Sequence record: DRR723986_618
DNA: 64,000 bases
Direction: 5' to 3' (one strand)
The notes under the pieces: generated by a model
What the model was told of the DNA's origin: nothing
The model's input: only the letters and a program-made list of their open reading frames with translations
Databases searched by the model: none
Translations under genes and position numbers: made by a program
Shown here: positions 31,649-40,759 of the stretch, piece after piece
How positions within the stretch are numbered: position 1 is the stretch's first letter
Layout of the letters: every line of letters starts with the position of its first letter

Positions 31649-31720
31649 TATACACGTGTATTTATAAGTGTCAATACAGATGTATATTCATGTGTATATT
31701 TACTTGTATATACGAACGTC
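31649..31720. repeat. Six degenerate 12-bp tandem units; probable FabR/DesT operator array
   Basis: tatacacgtgta tttataagtgtc aatacagatgta tattcatgtgta tatttacttgta tatacgaacgtc; core TACAnnTGTA resembles the FabR site. Confidence 0.65.
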
Positions 31721-31781
31721 AAACAACGCACTAGAATGAGCACTTCAGGCCAGCAGGGCCAACCGCGAACACGGCAGAGAC

Positions 31782-32432
31782 ATGGGTATCAGAACACGAC
31801 GCAAGAACAAGCAGGAAGCCGAGACCAGCGGTCGCCGGACACAGGTTACCGCGCAAGATTTAATGGATGCCGCCGTGCGGCTGCTGGGTACTCACCGCAG
31901 CGTTTCCACGCTAAGCCTTCGGGAAATTGCGAGAGAAGCCGGGATCGCCCCCAACAGTTTTTACCGTCACTTTCGCGATGTTGATGAGTTGACGGTTGCG
32001 CTTATTGATCAGGCAGGGCGCGCCTTGCGCGGTATTATCCGCGAAGCGCGACAGCGGCTTTCCATGGAGCGCAGTGCAATTCGCACGTCGGTCGAGGCGT
32101 TTATGGACCAGCTCGACGCCGATGAAAAATACTTGCAGGTGCTGCTGCGCGAGATGTCCACGGGTTCGGACGCCTTCCGCCAAGCCGTCGAACGGGAACT
32201 CACCTATTTTGAGGACGAATTGCGCGACGAGCTTGAGCGCATGGAGAAACTCACTGGCCACGCCACCTTTGAACCTGCGCTCACCGCAAAGGCCATCACC
32301 CGCCTGGTTGTCGCCATGGGCGCCAGTGCCGCCAGCCAGTCGCTTGACCAGCGCGCCGAGCTCATCGACCAAACGGTCATCATGATTCGCATGATCATGG
32401 TCGGCTCACAAGCGATGGCAAAGAAAGCTTAA
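31782..32432 (+). CDS. fabR: TetR-family repressor FabR/DesT
   Basis: LSLREIAREAGIAPNSFYRHFRDVDEL; divergent from the desaturase operon. Confidence 0.8.
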   Translation: MGIRTRRKNKQEAETSGRRTQVTAQDLMDAAVRLLGTHRSVSTLSLREIAREAGIAPNSFYRHFRDVDELTVALIDQAGRALRGIIREARQRLSMERSAIRTSVEAFMDQLDADEKYLQVLLREMSTGSDAFRQAVERELTYFEDELRDELERMEKLTGHATFEPALTAKAITRLVVAMGASAASQSLDQRAELIDQTVIMIRMIMVGSQAMAKKA

Positions 32433-32460
32433 GCCCCCTCGACAGCCCCCAAGCCAATAC

Positions 32461-32487
32461 AAAAAAGGAGCCTTTCGGCTCCTTTTT
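32461..32487. terminator. Bidirectional Rho-independent terminator
   Basis: AAAAAAGGAGCC-TTTC-GGCTCCTTTTT between convergent fabR and P450. Confidence 0.85.
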
Positions 32488-32495
32488 CATTCTTG

Positions 32496-33860
32496 CTACT
32501 TGCTGATTGGGGTCAGCACAATCGGCAAATCATCAACCGGCTTCGGCAGTGGCACGGTTTGCATCTTGTCGCTGAAGTTATCCGCCAGGCGGAACTCGTA
32601 ACGGCGCAAGAACTGGTGGAGGAAATTCTTCACCTGCATCAGCGCAAAGTGCATACCGATACACTTGTGGCCGCCGCCACCAAAGCCAACAAAGCTAAAG
32701 CTGTGACGCTTGTGCTCATTGCGCGGCTCCAGCCAGCGGTCGATATCGAACTTAAGCGGAGCGTCCCAGTACTCACCCATGCGGTGGGTATGCTGCGGCG
32801 CCATAAACAAAATGGTGTTGGCAGGAATTTTAAATCCGCCCAGCTCACACTCATTGATGGTGCGACGCTGCATCATCATCACGGAGGGATGCAAGCGCAA
32901 TGCCTCTTTGGTCGCCGCTTCCGCAAGTGGCATTTTCTCCAGGTCTTCATACTCCATGAAGTCCTTGTCGATCGCCTGGGCTTCCTCGCGCAGGCGCTGC
33001 TGCAACTCAGGGTTTTGACCCAGGTGGAACAGCAAGTGGCTGAGTGCACTGGTCGTTGTATCGTGGGCAGCAAAGAGCAGGAAGCTCATGTGCGCAACGA
33101 TATCCTCATCAGAGAAGTACTCCCCTTCTTCAGTCTTTTCCTTGGTGAAGAAGGTAAAGGTATCGATGCCATTACCCGCACGACGCTCGCCAATCAGCTT
33201 GCCGAAGAACTCCTTGAGGAAGCGCTCCGCTTTTTTACCTTTCGCGTATTTGGTGCCGGGGATTTCTTTGGTGACGATACCCATTAAACCATCGGCAATA
33301 TCCAAGAATGCGGTATTCAGCTCATCGGCACGCGAGTCGTCTTTGTCCAGGCCAACGAAAATTTCCGAGGCAACGTCCAGCAGCGTTTGCTTAATGGCCG
33401 GGAAGAACAGCATTTCCTTGTTCTTGCCCCACGCTTCAACCGCCTCGCCAATCATCGGCCCCATCGTGCCGATATAGCCTTTCATCGCGTCATTTTTGAA
33501 GGCCGTTTGCATCATACGACGCTGAAAACGGTGCTCCTCGTGGTCGCGCAGCAACAGCGCACCCTTATAGAAGCGCCCGAGAGAGCCCATGTAACCCATC
33601 TCGGCAGAGAAATTTTTATCGCGATCCAGGTAAACCTCTTTATAGAGGTCAGGGCCAACCAGCAGTACGCCTTTAAAGCCCGCCAGACCAAAGCGAGAAA
33701 CTGGTCCGAACTCCTTGTATTGTTTATCGATCGTGCCGTAGAGGTCTTTCACCAATGGAAAGGTGTGACCAATAATCGGCCACCCAAACGAGCCGGGAAT
33801 GTGATCCAACTTGTCATTATTGGGAGCGAGTTTGTAATCCGTATTGACTGCTGTGGCCAT
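32496..33860 (-). CDS. Cytochrome P450 (CYP136-like by motif)
   Basis: I-helix FAAHDTT, EALR (ExxR), heme motif FGGGGHKCIG; start trimmed to ATG 33860. Confidence 0.92.
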   Translation of the reverse strand: MATAVNTDYKLAPNNDKLDHIPGSFGWPIIGHTFPLVKDLYGTIDKQYKEFGPVSRFGLAGFKGVLLVGPDLYKEVYLDRDKNFSAEMGYMGSLGRFYKGALLLRDHEEHRFQRRMMQTAFKNDAMKGYIGTMGPMIGEAVEAWGKNKEMLFFPAIKQTLLDVASEIFVGLDKDDSRADELNTAFLDIADGLMGIVTKEIPGTKYAKGKKAERFLKEFFGKLIGERRAGNGIDTFTFFTKEKTEEGEYFSDEDIVAHMSFLLFAAHDTTTSALSHLLFHLGQNPELQQRLREEAQAIDKDFMEYEDLEKMPLAEAATKEALRLHPSVMMMQRRTINECELGGFKIPANTILFMAPQHTHRMGEYWDAPLKFDIDRWLEPRNEHKRHSFSFVGFGGGGHKCIGMHFALMQVKNFLHQFLRRYEFRLADNFSDKMQTVPLPKPVDDLPIVLTPISK

Positions 33861-33929
33861 GCTTCTGCCCTCCGAAGGGGGTCCGTGTAGTGAATTATTT
33901 TGGAAGTCATCATAGAAGCCAGCTCGATA

Positions 33930-33949
33930 CATATCAAGCGTTCGATATG
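33930..33949. promoter_or_regulatory. Putative TetR operator
   Basis: Imperfect palindrome CATATC-AAGCGTTC-GATATG between divergent P450 and TetR. Confidence 0.5.
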
Positions 33950-34018
33950 AAATATTCGTCATCTTCAGGTATAGTTCCGCTCAGCGACAATTGAGCACAC
34001 CCAGAGGTACGCCCCACA

Positions 34019-34639
34019 GTGAGGAAAGTAGACCACGACAGCCGCCGCGAGGAAGTCGCCGAAGCGGCCGCGAGACTCATTGCCAGCAAGGGGCTCGAGG
34101 CACTCACCACCCGCGCACTGGCAAAATCACTGGGGTGCTCCATCGGTGTGCTCTCGCACTACTTCAGCAGTAAAGAAGAAATTGTGATTGCGGCGTTTCG
34201 CTGGGCAGACCAGCGTATTGACCTGCGCATGCAAGAGGCCAGTATCCAGCAGGACAACCTGAGCCTGGATCAGTTCTTCCCCATCATCAAAGCAGGCCTC
34301 CCCCTCGACGAGGAGTCCGACCTCGAGTGGCGGGTGCGCTTAAATTTGCACACCTTCGCCCTCACCCACAACGATAGCCTGCAGGCCGAGCTGGAAAAGA
34401 ACACACAGAACCGCGAATTAATGCAAGGGATGATCACCTCGCTGCAGGCGCAGGGTGAATTGCGCGACGATGTCAGCGCAGAAGACATCACCAATATCGC
34501 CTTTGACCTGGTGATCGGCATGGCCAAGAACCTGGTGATGAGGCCCTTCAACGAGCGGGAAGAGCGGTCGGCCTATCTGTTTAGAATGATTGAACAGCTG
34601 CGCCCGGAGAAACGCCGTCCGGACGCAGCCAGCGCTTAA
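34019..34639 (+). CDS. TetR/BetI-like transcriptional regulator
   Basis: RKVDHDSRR, LTTRALAKSLGCSIGVLSHYFSSKEE. Confidence 0.9.
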   Translation: MRKVDHDSRREEVAEAAARLIASKGLEALTTRALAKSLGCSIGVLSHYFSSKEEIVIAAFRWADQRIDLRMQEASIQQDNLSLDQFFPIIKAGLPLDEESDLEWRVRLNLHTFALTHNDSLQAELEKNTQNRELMQGMITSLQAQGELRDDVSAEDITNIAFDLVIGMAKNLVMRPFNEREERSAYLFRMIEQLRPEKRRPDAASA

Positions 34640-35514
34640 GCGCGGCTTTTCTCGATAACCTCGGCCGCGTACCACTGCAGCATTGCCACTTTCTCGTCGA
34701 CCGTTTTGTCGTCAGGCTCAGAGGCATAGACATCGCGAAAGGCAACCAACACCTCATCAACGCCGATATCCTCCAAGCGCTTAATGCCATCCGCGCTGTA
34801 GGCCTCAGCAGTCATGGCTTGAAACTCGAAGGGCAGATGATCGCGCCCATACTCAACGCGGAATTCATTGATTTGATCGATCATTGCCTTGATCGAGTCT
34901 AAATCACCCCCGGCCGCAATCCAGCCATCACCCAGGCGAGCCGCGCGGCGCAGTGCAGGCTTAGAGTGACCACCGACAAGAATCGGGGGGCGCTCGCTCG
35001 GCACGGGGCACAGCTTAATTTCCGGCAGATCGAAGATTTCACCCTGATAACCAAAATACTCGCCGCTCATCAGGCCGTTGATGATCTCAATCATTTCGTC
35101 CATGCGCTTACCGCGGCGCTCCCAGGGGACATTAGTGACTTCGAAGTCTTCGGCCCAGGGGCTAATACCGACACCGTAGCCAAAGCGGTTACCGCTGAGA
35201 ATAGCCAGCGTCGACAACGACTTAGCGATAAGCGCTGGCTCGTGAACAGCCAATTTGTGCACTGAGGTTGTGAAGCGAATATTTTCGGTTTTCGCTGCCA
35301 GGTGAGCCGCTAGCAGAAAGGGCTCCATAAAGGGAACACCATCGAGGAACTCTCGGCTACCGTCGTTGTTATAGGGGTACTTAGAGCTCGCTTCTTTGGG
35401 ATAGCAAATGCTGTCAGGCATGGTGATGGTGTCGAAACCCAGCTTCTCCGCTTCAATACTCAGCGGCACATACTGTTCAACCGGACACATACTGTGGTGG
35501 TAGGCAAACTTCAT
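34636..35514 (-). CDS. Luciferase-like (LLM) oxidoreductase, probable F420-dependent class
   Basis: AEKLGFD, PDS, LSGNRFGYGVG, RGKRMDE, PPILVGG..ALRRAARLGDGW. Confidence 0.8.
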   Translation of the reverse strand: MKFAYHHSMCPVEQYVPLSIEAEKLGFDTITMPDSICYPKEASSKYPYNNDGSREFLDGVPFMEPFLLAAHLAAKTENIRFTTSVHKLAVHEPALIAKSLSTLAILSGNRFGYGVGISPWAEDFEVTNVPWERRGKRMDEMIEIINGLMSGEYFGYQGEIFDLPEIKLCPVPSERPPILVGGHSKPALRRAARLGDGWIAAGGDLDSIKAMIDQINEFRVEYGRDHLPFEFQAMTAEAYSADGIKRLEDIGVDEVLVAFRDVYASEPDDKTVDEKVAMLQWYAAEVIEKSRA

Positions 35515-35764
35515 GGTGGCATCCTTCTTTGCTTATTGTTCCCCGCCGATGCGGTATCGATCTTCACTATAGTGTGGCGAGTTCGCCGCCTATAACCTCC
35601 GAACGGACGAGTTTACGTATTGGTATGGCGACTGGAGGCAGGCAGGCTGAGGATAGTTGCTGGCGGTATAAGCTCGCAAACCGCCAGCGCCAAGCCATCG
35701 CCCACGAAACAGGCGCTGTTTTTTGCTAAGCTAAGGCGCTATACCACCGCCGCATGCAAGGAAT

Positions 35765-36484
35765 ATGATACTGACCGCTGTTAAAGACACCCGAAGCCAC
35801 CGCACACGTGACAGCCTTATTCGCGCGGCCGAAAGGCTCTTTGCCGAACAGGGTGTCGATGGCGTCTCGATCAATACCATTACCCGCGCCGCCGGCCAAG
35901 CCAACCGCAATGCGGTGCAGTACCATTTCGGCAATAAAAATGGCCTGCTACAGGCGATTTTCGACAAGCACGGCCCCGCCCTTGCCGAGCGCCGCGCCGA
36001 ATTGGCAGACCAAATGCTGGCTGACGGTGTTGCCACGCCACAACTGGTTGCCACCGCCATTGTTCAACCGCTGATCGAGAAGCTGGACGACAGCGACGGC
36101 GGCGAAGCCTATATCCACATCAGTGCCGAACTGATTGCCACCAATACCCTGGGCTACGACTTGGCGGATAAGCACTCCCTGCAGTTGGCGCGGGAAACTA
36201 AAATCGCAAAGCTGGCAGCGCAGGAACTTACCGAGCTCCCCCCCGAAATTGCCCAGCAGCGCATTCTATTGATGAACGTACTCGGCTTTCACGGCGTGTC
36301 CGACCATGCGCGGGTGCGCAAAAACACGGGGTTTAACCCACTGATCCGCGACACGGACTTCATGGCCAGCAACCTTATTGACAGTATGGCGGCCATCCTA
36401 GAAGCGCCACCGTCGCAGCACAGCCTGGACATTCTGGCCAAGCGGCGACAAACCACCCAGCACGGCGACCCGTCATGCGCCTAA
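35765..36484 (+). CDS. TetR/AcrR family regulator
   Basis: LIRAAERLFAEQG, AGQANRNAVQYHFGNK. Confidence 0.9.
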   Translation: MILTAVKDTRSHRTRDSLIRAAERLFAEQGVDGVSINTITRAAGQANRNAVQYHFGNKNGLLQAIFDKHGPALAERRAELADQMLADGVATPQLVATAIVQPLIEKLDDSDGGEAYIHISAELIATNTLGYDLADKHSLQLARETKIAKLAAQELTELPPEIAQQRILLMNVLGFHGVSDHARVRKNTGFNPLIRDTDFMASNLIDSMAAILEAPPSQHSLDILAKRRQTTQHGDPSCA

Positions 36485-37464
36485 CCTTTCTCGGCACCAG
36501 CGCCGGCACCCCCACTCGGTACCGCAATGTCACCGGCCTGGCGCTGGCCATCGACGACGCCCGCGATTGGTACCTGTTCGACTGCGGTGAGGGCACTCAG
36601 CACCAAATACAGCACACGCGATACAGCAGCGCCAAATTGCGCGCCATCTTCATCACCCACGTACATGGCGACCACTGTTACGGGCTGCCAGGCCTGATCG
36701 CCAGCGCTAACATGAGTGGCCGCAAAGCCCCCCTAACTATTTGCGCGCCCGACGGTATCGAACAATTTATACGCGCCACCTTCCTGCACACCGACATACG
36801 GGAACTGCGCTTTCCCTTGGAATTTGTGCGTAGCGATGCGCCGGACTTCCATTTTGACGATGGCCATCTGCGGGTCAGCGCTCACGCGCTGTCTCACCGC
36901 GTCCCCTGCTTTGCCTACCGCGCCGAGGAAGTCCCACCCCGCCACCTGATTGAAGAAACGTTAGACGCCAAGGGAATTCCCAGAGGGCCGCTGTGGAACC
37001 GACTGCAAAAAGGGGAAAACATCGTCTTGGATGACGGCCGCGCCGTGCTCGCCGACGATGTTAGCCAGCCGGCCTGGTCACCGCGCAGCGTTATAGTCGG
37101 CGGTGACAACGACCAACCCGCCCTGCTACACGACGCCATGTGCAACAGCGACGCCATGATCCACGAGGCAACGTTTACCGAGGACGTTCTGGCCCGGGTG
37201 GGACCGCAATACATGCACAGCACGGCGGCCATGGTGGCCAAAGCCGCCGAGCGCAGCGAACTGCCGCACCTACTGCTAACGCATTTCAGCCAGCGCTATC
37301 GCCTCAAGGGCGGGGAAAGTGTTGAACACAGTATCGACGACCTGCGCAAAGAAGCGCGCCAGCACTACAGCGGCACATTGATCATGGCCGAAGACCTGGA
37401 GTGCTATCAGCTGGAAAAAAACCGCGACATAACGCCGCTTTCAACCGACCCTAAAAGGCTCTAG
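36475..37464 (+). CDS. rbn: Ribonuclease Z / BN (metallo-beta-lactamase fold)
   Basis: FLGTSAGTP, DCGEGTQ, THVHGDH, GP exosite GIPRGP, HEAT, THFSQRY. Confidence 0.85.
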   Translation: MRLTFLGTSAGTPTRYRNVTGLALAIDDARDWYLFDCGEGTQHQIQHTRYSSAKLRAIFITHVHGDHCYGLPGLIASANMSGRKAPLTICAPDGIEQFIRATFLHTDIRELRFPLEFVRSDAPDFHFDDGHLRVSAHALSHRVPCFAYRAEEVPPRHLIEETLDAKGIPRGPLWNRLQKGENIVLDDGRAVLADDVSQPAWSPRSVIVGGDNDQPALLHDAMCNSDAMIHEATFTEDVLARVGPQYMHSTAAMVAKAAERSELPHLLLTHFSQRYRLKGGESVEHSIDDLRKEARQHYSGTLIMAEDLECYQLEKNRDITPLSTDPKRL

Positions 37465-38240
37465 GGCATCGCCTCTAGCGCAGCACGCTGGCGCTCCTGC
37501 TCTTCGCGAACCCACTGTTTGTTGTGCTCACCGGGCACAAGCAAGGTCGGTGGCGGCGTTTGCGAGAAGGCAGCCAAACTTGCCGCGACAACATCCTCCG
37601 CGCTCGACCAATACTCCTCGGGAATCGAACGCTTATCAAAGCCCGCCAGCGCCTCACGCCCGTGAAAGTCGCTGTGGGTGTAACCGGGGCACAGGCACTG
37701 CACGGCAATACCGTGACGGTGATTTTCCTTGGCAAGAGACTGACTAAACACCACCAAAAACGCTTTTGAAGCGCCGTATACCGCAGCGCCTTTCATCGGG
37801 ATCAAGCCCGCCATGGAAGCAACATTAATCACTCGCCCGCGACCCAGTTCCTGCATATAGGGCAGCGCGCCACGGCACAGCGACACACTCGCCTGACAAT
37901 GCAGGGACAGCATCTCCAGCTCAGCGTCGAGATCACTGTCCACCAGCGCATTGTCGGTGGTGAATCCGGCATTGTTAATCAGAATGGTCACCGGGCCTTT
38001 TTGCCGGATAGCCTCCATCACTTCGGCCACGCCCAGCGGCTTGCAGAGATCGACGGCAATACAGTGAATCTCACAGTCCACACCGGCCAGGCTCTCGGCA
38101 ACACGCGACAGTTTTTCTGCGTCGCGCGCCACAAGAATCATTGATGAGCACTGCGGAGCGAGCGCCTGCGCGAAGGCTCGGCCAATTCCGGCAGAGGCGC
38201 CGGTAATTAATGCAATATCGGAATTATTCGCGCTGGCCAT
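37461..38240 (-). CDS. Short-chain dehydrogenase/reductase
   Basis: TGASAGIG, NNAG, YGASK, CPG. Confidence 0.92.
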   Translation of the reverse strand: MASANNSDIALITGASAGIGRAFAQALAPQCSSMILVARDAEKLSRVAESLAGVDCEIHCIAVDLCKPLGVAEVMEAIRQKGPVTILINNAGFTTDNALVDSDLDAELEMLSLHCQASVSLCRGALPYMQELGRGRVINVASMAGLIPMKGAAVYGASKAFLVVFSQSLAKENHRHGIAVQCLCPGYTHSDFHGREALAGFDKRSIPEEYWSSAEDVVAASLAAFSQTPPPTLLVPGEHNKQWVREEQERQRAALEAMP

Positions 38241-38373
38241 AGTCCATCTCTTAACATTGTTCAGGGCGTGAATTCTGCACTGAAGGCGCGCCGAGGGGAA
38301 GTCGAATCCCGGGAACGCGAGTTACCAAGTGTTCATGTCTGCCCGACGGCAACACACCCCAACAGGAGGCAAT

Positions 38374-38766
38374 ATGCGCAACTATCTCACCTGCTACGCC
38401 GCCGGCAGCCTCGGCGGCTTGGCCAACAGCCTGGCGCTTTGGCTTTGCGGGCTCTACGGACTAACCGCCGCCGCGGGGGTCAATATTTCGCCACCACTAA
38501 CGCCGGAATGGCTCTACCCGCGCCTGGTCTGGGGAGGCCTGTGGGGCCTGCTATTCGCCCTGCCGCTCTTCAGCGGAGCGTGGTTGCGTCGCGCCTTGCT
38601 GATCAGTCTCGCTCCCAGCGCCGTCCAGCTGTTCATTATTTTTCCGTATCACTCTCCGTACGGCCAAGCGGGGCTTGCCCTCGGCACGCTAACGCCCGTT
38701 TTTGTGCTGGCATTCAACGCGGTGTGGGCAATTACCTGCGCGCTTAGCTTGCGCCTGACTCGTTAA
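38374..38766 (+). CDS. Hypothetical membrane protein (about 4 TM)
   Basis: AGGAGG RBS before ATG 38374; hydrophobic; WLYPRLVWGGLWG. Confidence 0.7.
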   Translation: MRNYLTCYAAGSLGGLANSLALWLCGLYGLTAAAGVNISPPLTPEWLYPRLVWGGLWGLLFALPLFSGAWLRRALLISLAPSAVQLFIIFPYHSPYGQAGLALGTLTPVFVLAFNAVWAITCALSLRLTR

Positions 38767-39305
38767 AATGAAGAGCCGGGCTGCTGCAAGAATTCCAGCT
38801 CTTCGGCGCTGGACGCTCGCCCAAGCACGGCATTGCGGTGAGGGTAGCGGCCGAAGCGCTCGATAATATCAGCGTGCTGGCGAGCAAAACGAAGATTATT
38901 CTCCACGCCCAGCGCCTGGTAGAGGGCAAGAGACTGCCGCTGAATCAGTTTCGATTCACTGTGCATATACGGCATGTATAAGAACGCCCGCTGTTGCTCA
39001 TCGAGAGCGCGATCTGCACCGCCGGCAATGGCCTCTTGCGCCAATACCAGCGCTAGCGGGTCACATTGAAACGACTGCGGGCGGTCGCGATAAATATTGC
39101 GGGAAAACTGATCCAGTACAATGACCTCGGCCAAACGCCCCAGCGGCTGTTCACGCCACTTATATAGCTCAGCGGCCGCCGCAGCACGGTGACACGCGCC
39201 AAATCGTTTGGCGATTAGCGAATCCAACTCTGCCGACTTGGCGAACCACTGACCGGGTGTCAATTCATCAAACCAAAATTCTATTACCGCTTGCCACGTT
39301 GTCAC
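38763..39305 (-). CDS. DUF924 family protein
   Basis: FWF, LDQFSRNIYR, FLYMPYMHSE, IERFGRYPHRN; GGAGG before GTG 39305. Confidence 0.9.
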   Translation of the reverse strand: MTTWQAVIEFWFDELTPGQWFAKSAELDSLIAKRFGACHRAAAAAELYKWREQPLGRLAEVIVLDQFSRNIYRDRPQSFQCDPLALVLAQEAIAGGADRALDEQQRAFLYMPYMHSESKLIQRQSLALYQALGVENNLRFARQHADIIERFGRYPHRNAVLGRASSAEELEFLQQPGSSF

Positions 39306-39519
39306 CGAACACCCTCCGTTACATAACATGCCGCCATCCCCTGCGGCCAAGCCGCAGACAGCCACTATAAAGTGCATAGGCACAGCGTTGCGCCTGTTGC
39401 GACTCACTAACTTACTGCAGGGGCAACCCAATTACTGTTAACGAGCCACCAACAGCGGACAGTTAGCCACAAGGGCTGCTAAAATGCCGTCGAAAATTCC
39501 CTCAGCTGGAGAGCACCCG

Positions 39520-39735
39520 ATGGCCAAGGCAAAGGCGGTTAATTTTGAATCTGCCCTCAAAGAACTCGAAACACTCGTGCAAACGATGGAATCTGGCGAG
39601 TTGAGCCTGGAAGAGTCGCTAAAAGCCTTCGAGCTGGGCATGAGCTTGAGTAAAGACTGTCAGCAGGCGCTTGCCGATGCTGAGCTAAAGGTGCAACAAC
39701 TCACCGCCGACCTCGACGCTACGGACCCCGCCTAA
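39520..39735 (+). CDS. xseB: Exodeoxyribonuclease VII small subunit
   Basis: FESALKELE..ME.GELSLEESLKAFE.G; xseB-ispA-dxs synteny. Confidence 0.95.
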   Translation: MAKAKAVNFESALKELETLVQTMESGELSLEESLKAFELGMSLSKDCQQALADAELKVQQLTADLDATDPA

Positions 39736-40646
39736 TGCCCTTCGACACCTATCTTCAGCAATGTCAGTCGCGGCTACAGCGCGCGCTGCCGGAGCACCTG
39801 GCCCAGGCATTTAGTGAGTTCAGCGACCACGATGCCAGCGAGCAGCTGGCCCGCCTGACCGAGGCCAGCCAATACAGCATTATGAATGGTGGCAAACGCG
39901 TGCGCGCCACGCTGGTCTACGCCACCGCGCAAACCTTACAGGCCGACATCGACGACGCCACATTGGACAGCATTGCCTGCGCCATTGAGATGATCCATGC
40001 CTACTCCTTGGTTCACGACGACTTGCCCGCCATGGACGACGACGACCTGCGCCGCGGCAAGCCCACTTGCCATATCGCCTACGACGAGGCCACGGCCATT
40101 CTTGTTGGCGACGGCTTGCAAAGTCGCGCCTTTGAACTGATCGCCGAGCTTCCTCTCCCTGCCACACACTGCGTGGCGATGGTCAAGCTTCTGGCGGCCG
40201 CCAGTGGCCCGCGCGGCATGGTCGGTGGACAAGCTATCGACCTCGCGAACGTTAATCGCAGCCTCGATCTGCACACACTGCAAACCATGCACCAGCTCAA
40301 GACCGGCGCGCTCATCCGAGCGGCTATCGGCCTGGCCGCCCTGGCCTGCGGAGCCAGCGCGTCACAGCAGCAACAACTGGACGATTATGGCAAAGCCGTC
40401 GGCCTGGCCTTCCAGGTGCAGGACGACATCCTCGACATAGAGAGCGACACAGCGACATTGGGCAAAACCCAGGGCGCCGATATCTCGCTAAACAAGCCGA
40501 CCTTCCCCAGCCTGCTCGGCCTCGATGGCGCCAAGGACCTCGCTCGGCAGCTCCACCAGCAAGCCGTGGCAGCACTGAGCAGCTTTGGCGATCACAGCGA
40601 CGCCCTGCACCAACTTTCCAACTATATTATTGAGCGGCAACACTAG
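39735..40646 (+). CDS. ispA: Farnesyl diphosphate synthase
   Basis: GGKRVR, HDDLPAMDDDDLRRG, KTG, FQVQDD. Confidence 0.95.
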   Translation: MPFDTYLQQCQSRLQRALPEHLAQAFSEFSDHDASEQLARLTEASQYSIMNGGKRVRATLVYATAQTLQADIDDATLDSIACAIEMIHAYSLVHDDLPAMDDDDLRRGKPTCHIAYDEATAILVGDGLQSRAFELIAELPLPATHCVAMVKLLAAASGPRGMVGGQAIDLANVNRSLDLHTLQTMHQLKTGALIRAAIGLAALACGASASQQQQLDDYGKAVGLAFQVQDDILDIESDTATLGKTQGADISLNKPTFPSLLGLDGAKDLARQLHQQAVAALSSFGDHSDALHQLSNYIIERQH

Positions 40647-40759
40647 GCGGGCCATCAACATTGGCCGCTAACAACGTATAGTACCGCGCGAACACCGTGT
40701 CGCAGGCCGACAATTGGTTTACAATTGCCCCCTTTTTCGCCGCTTTGGGTCAGAAATTG

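Noticed and set aside
31649..31720. Tandem repeat as a CRISPR array
   Set aside because: Units are 12 bp, degenerate and lack spacers, and there are no cas genes in the window
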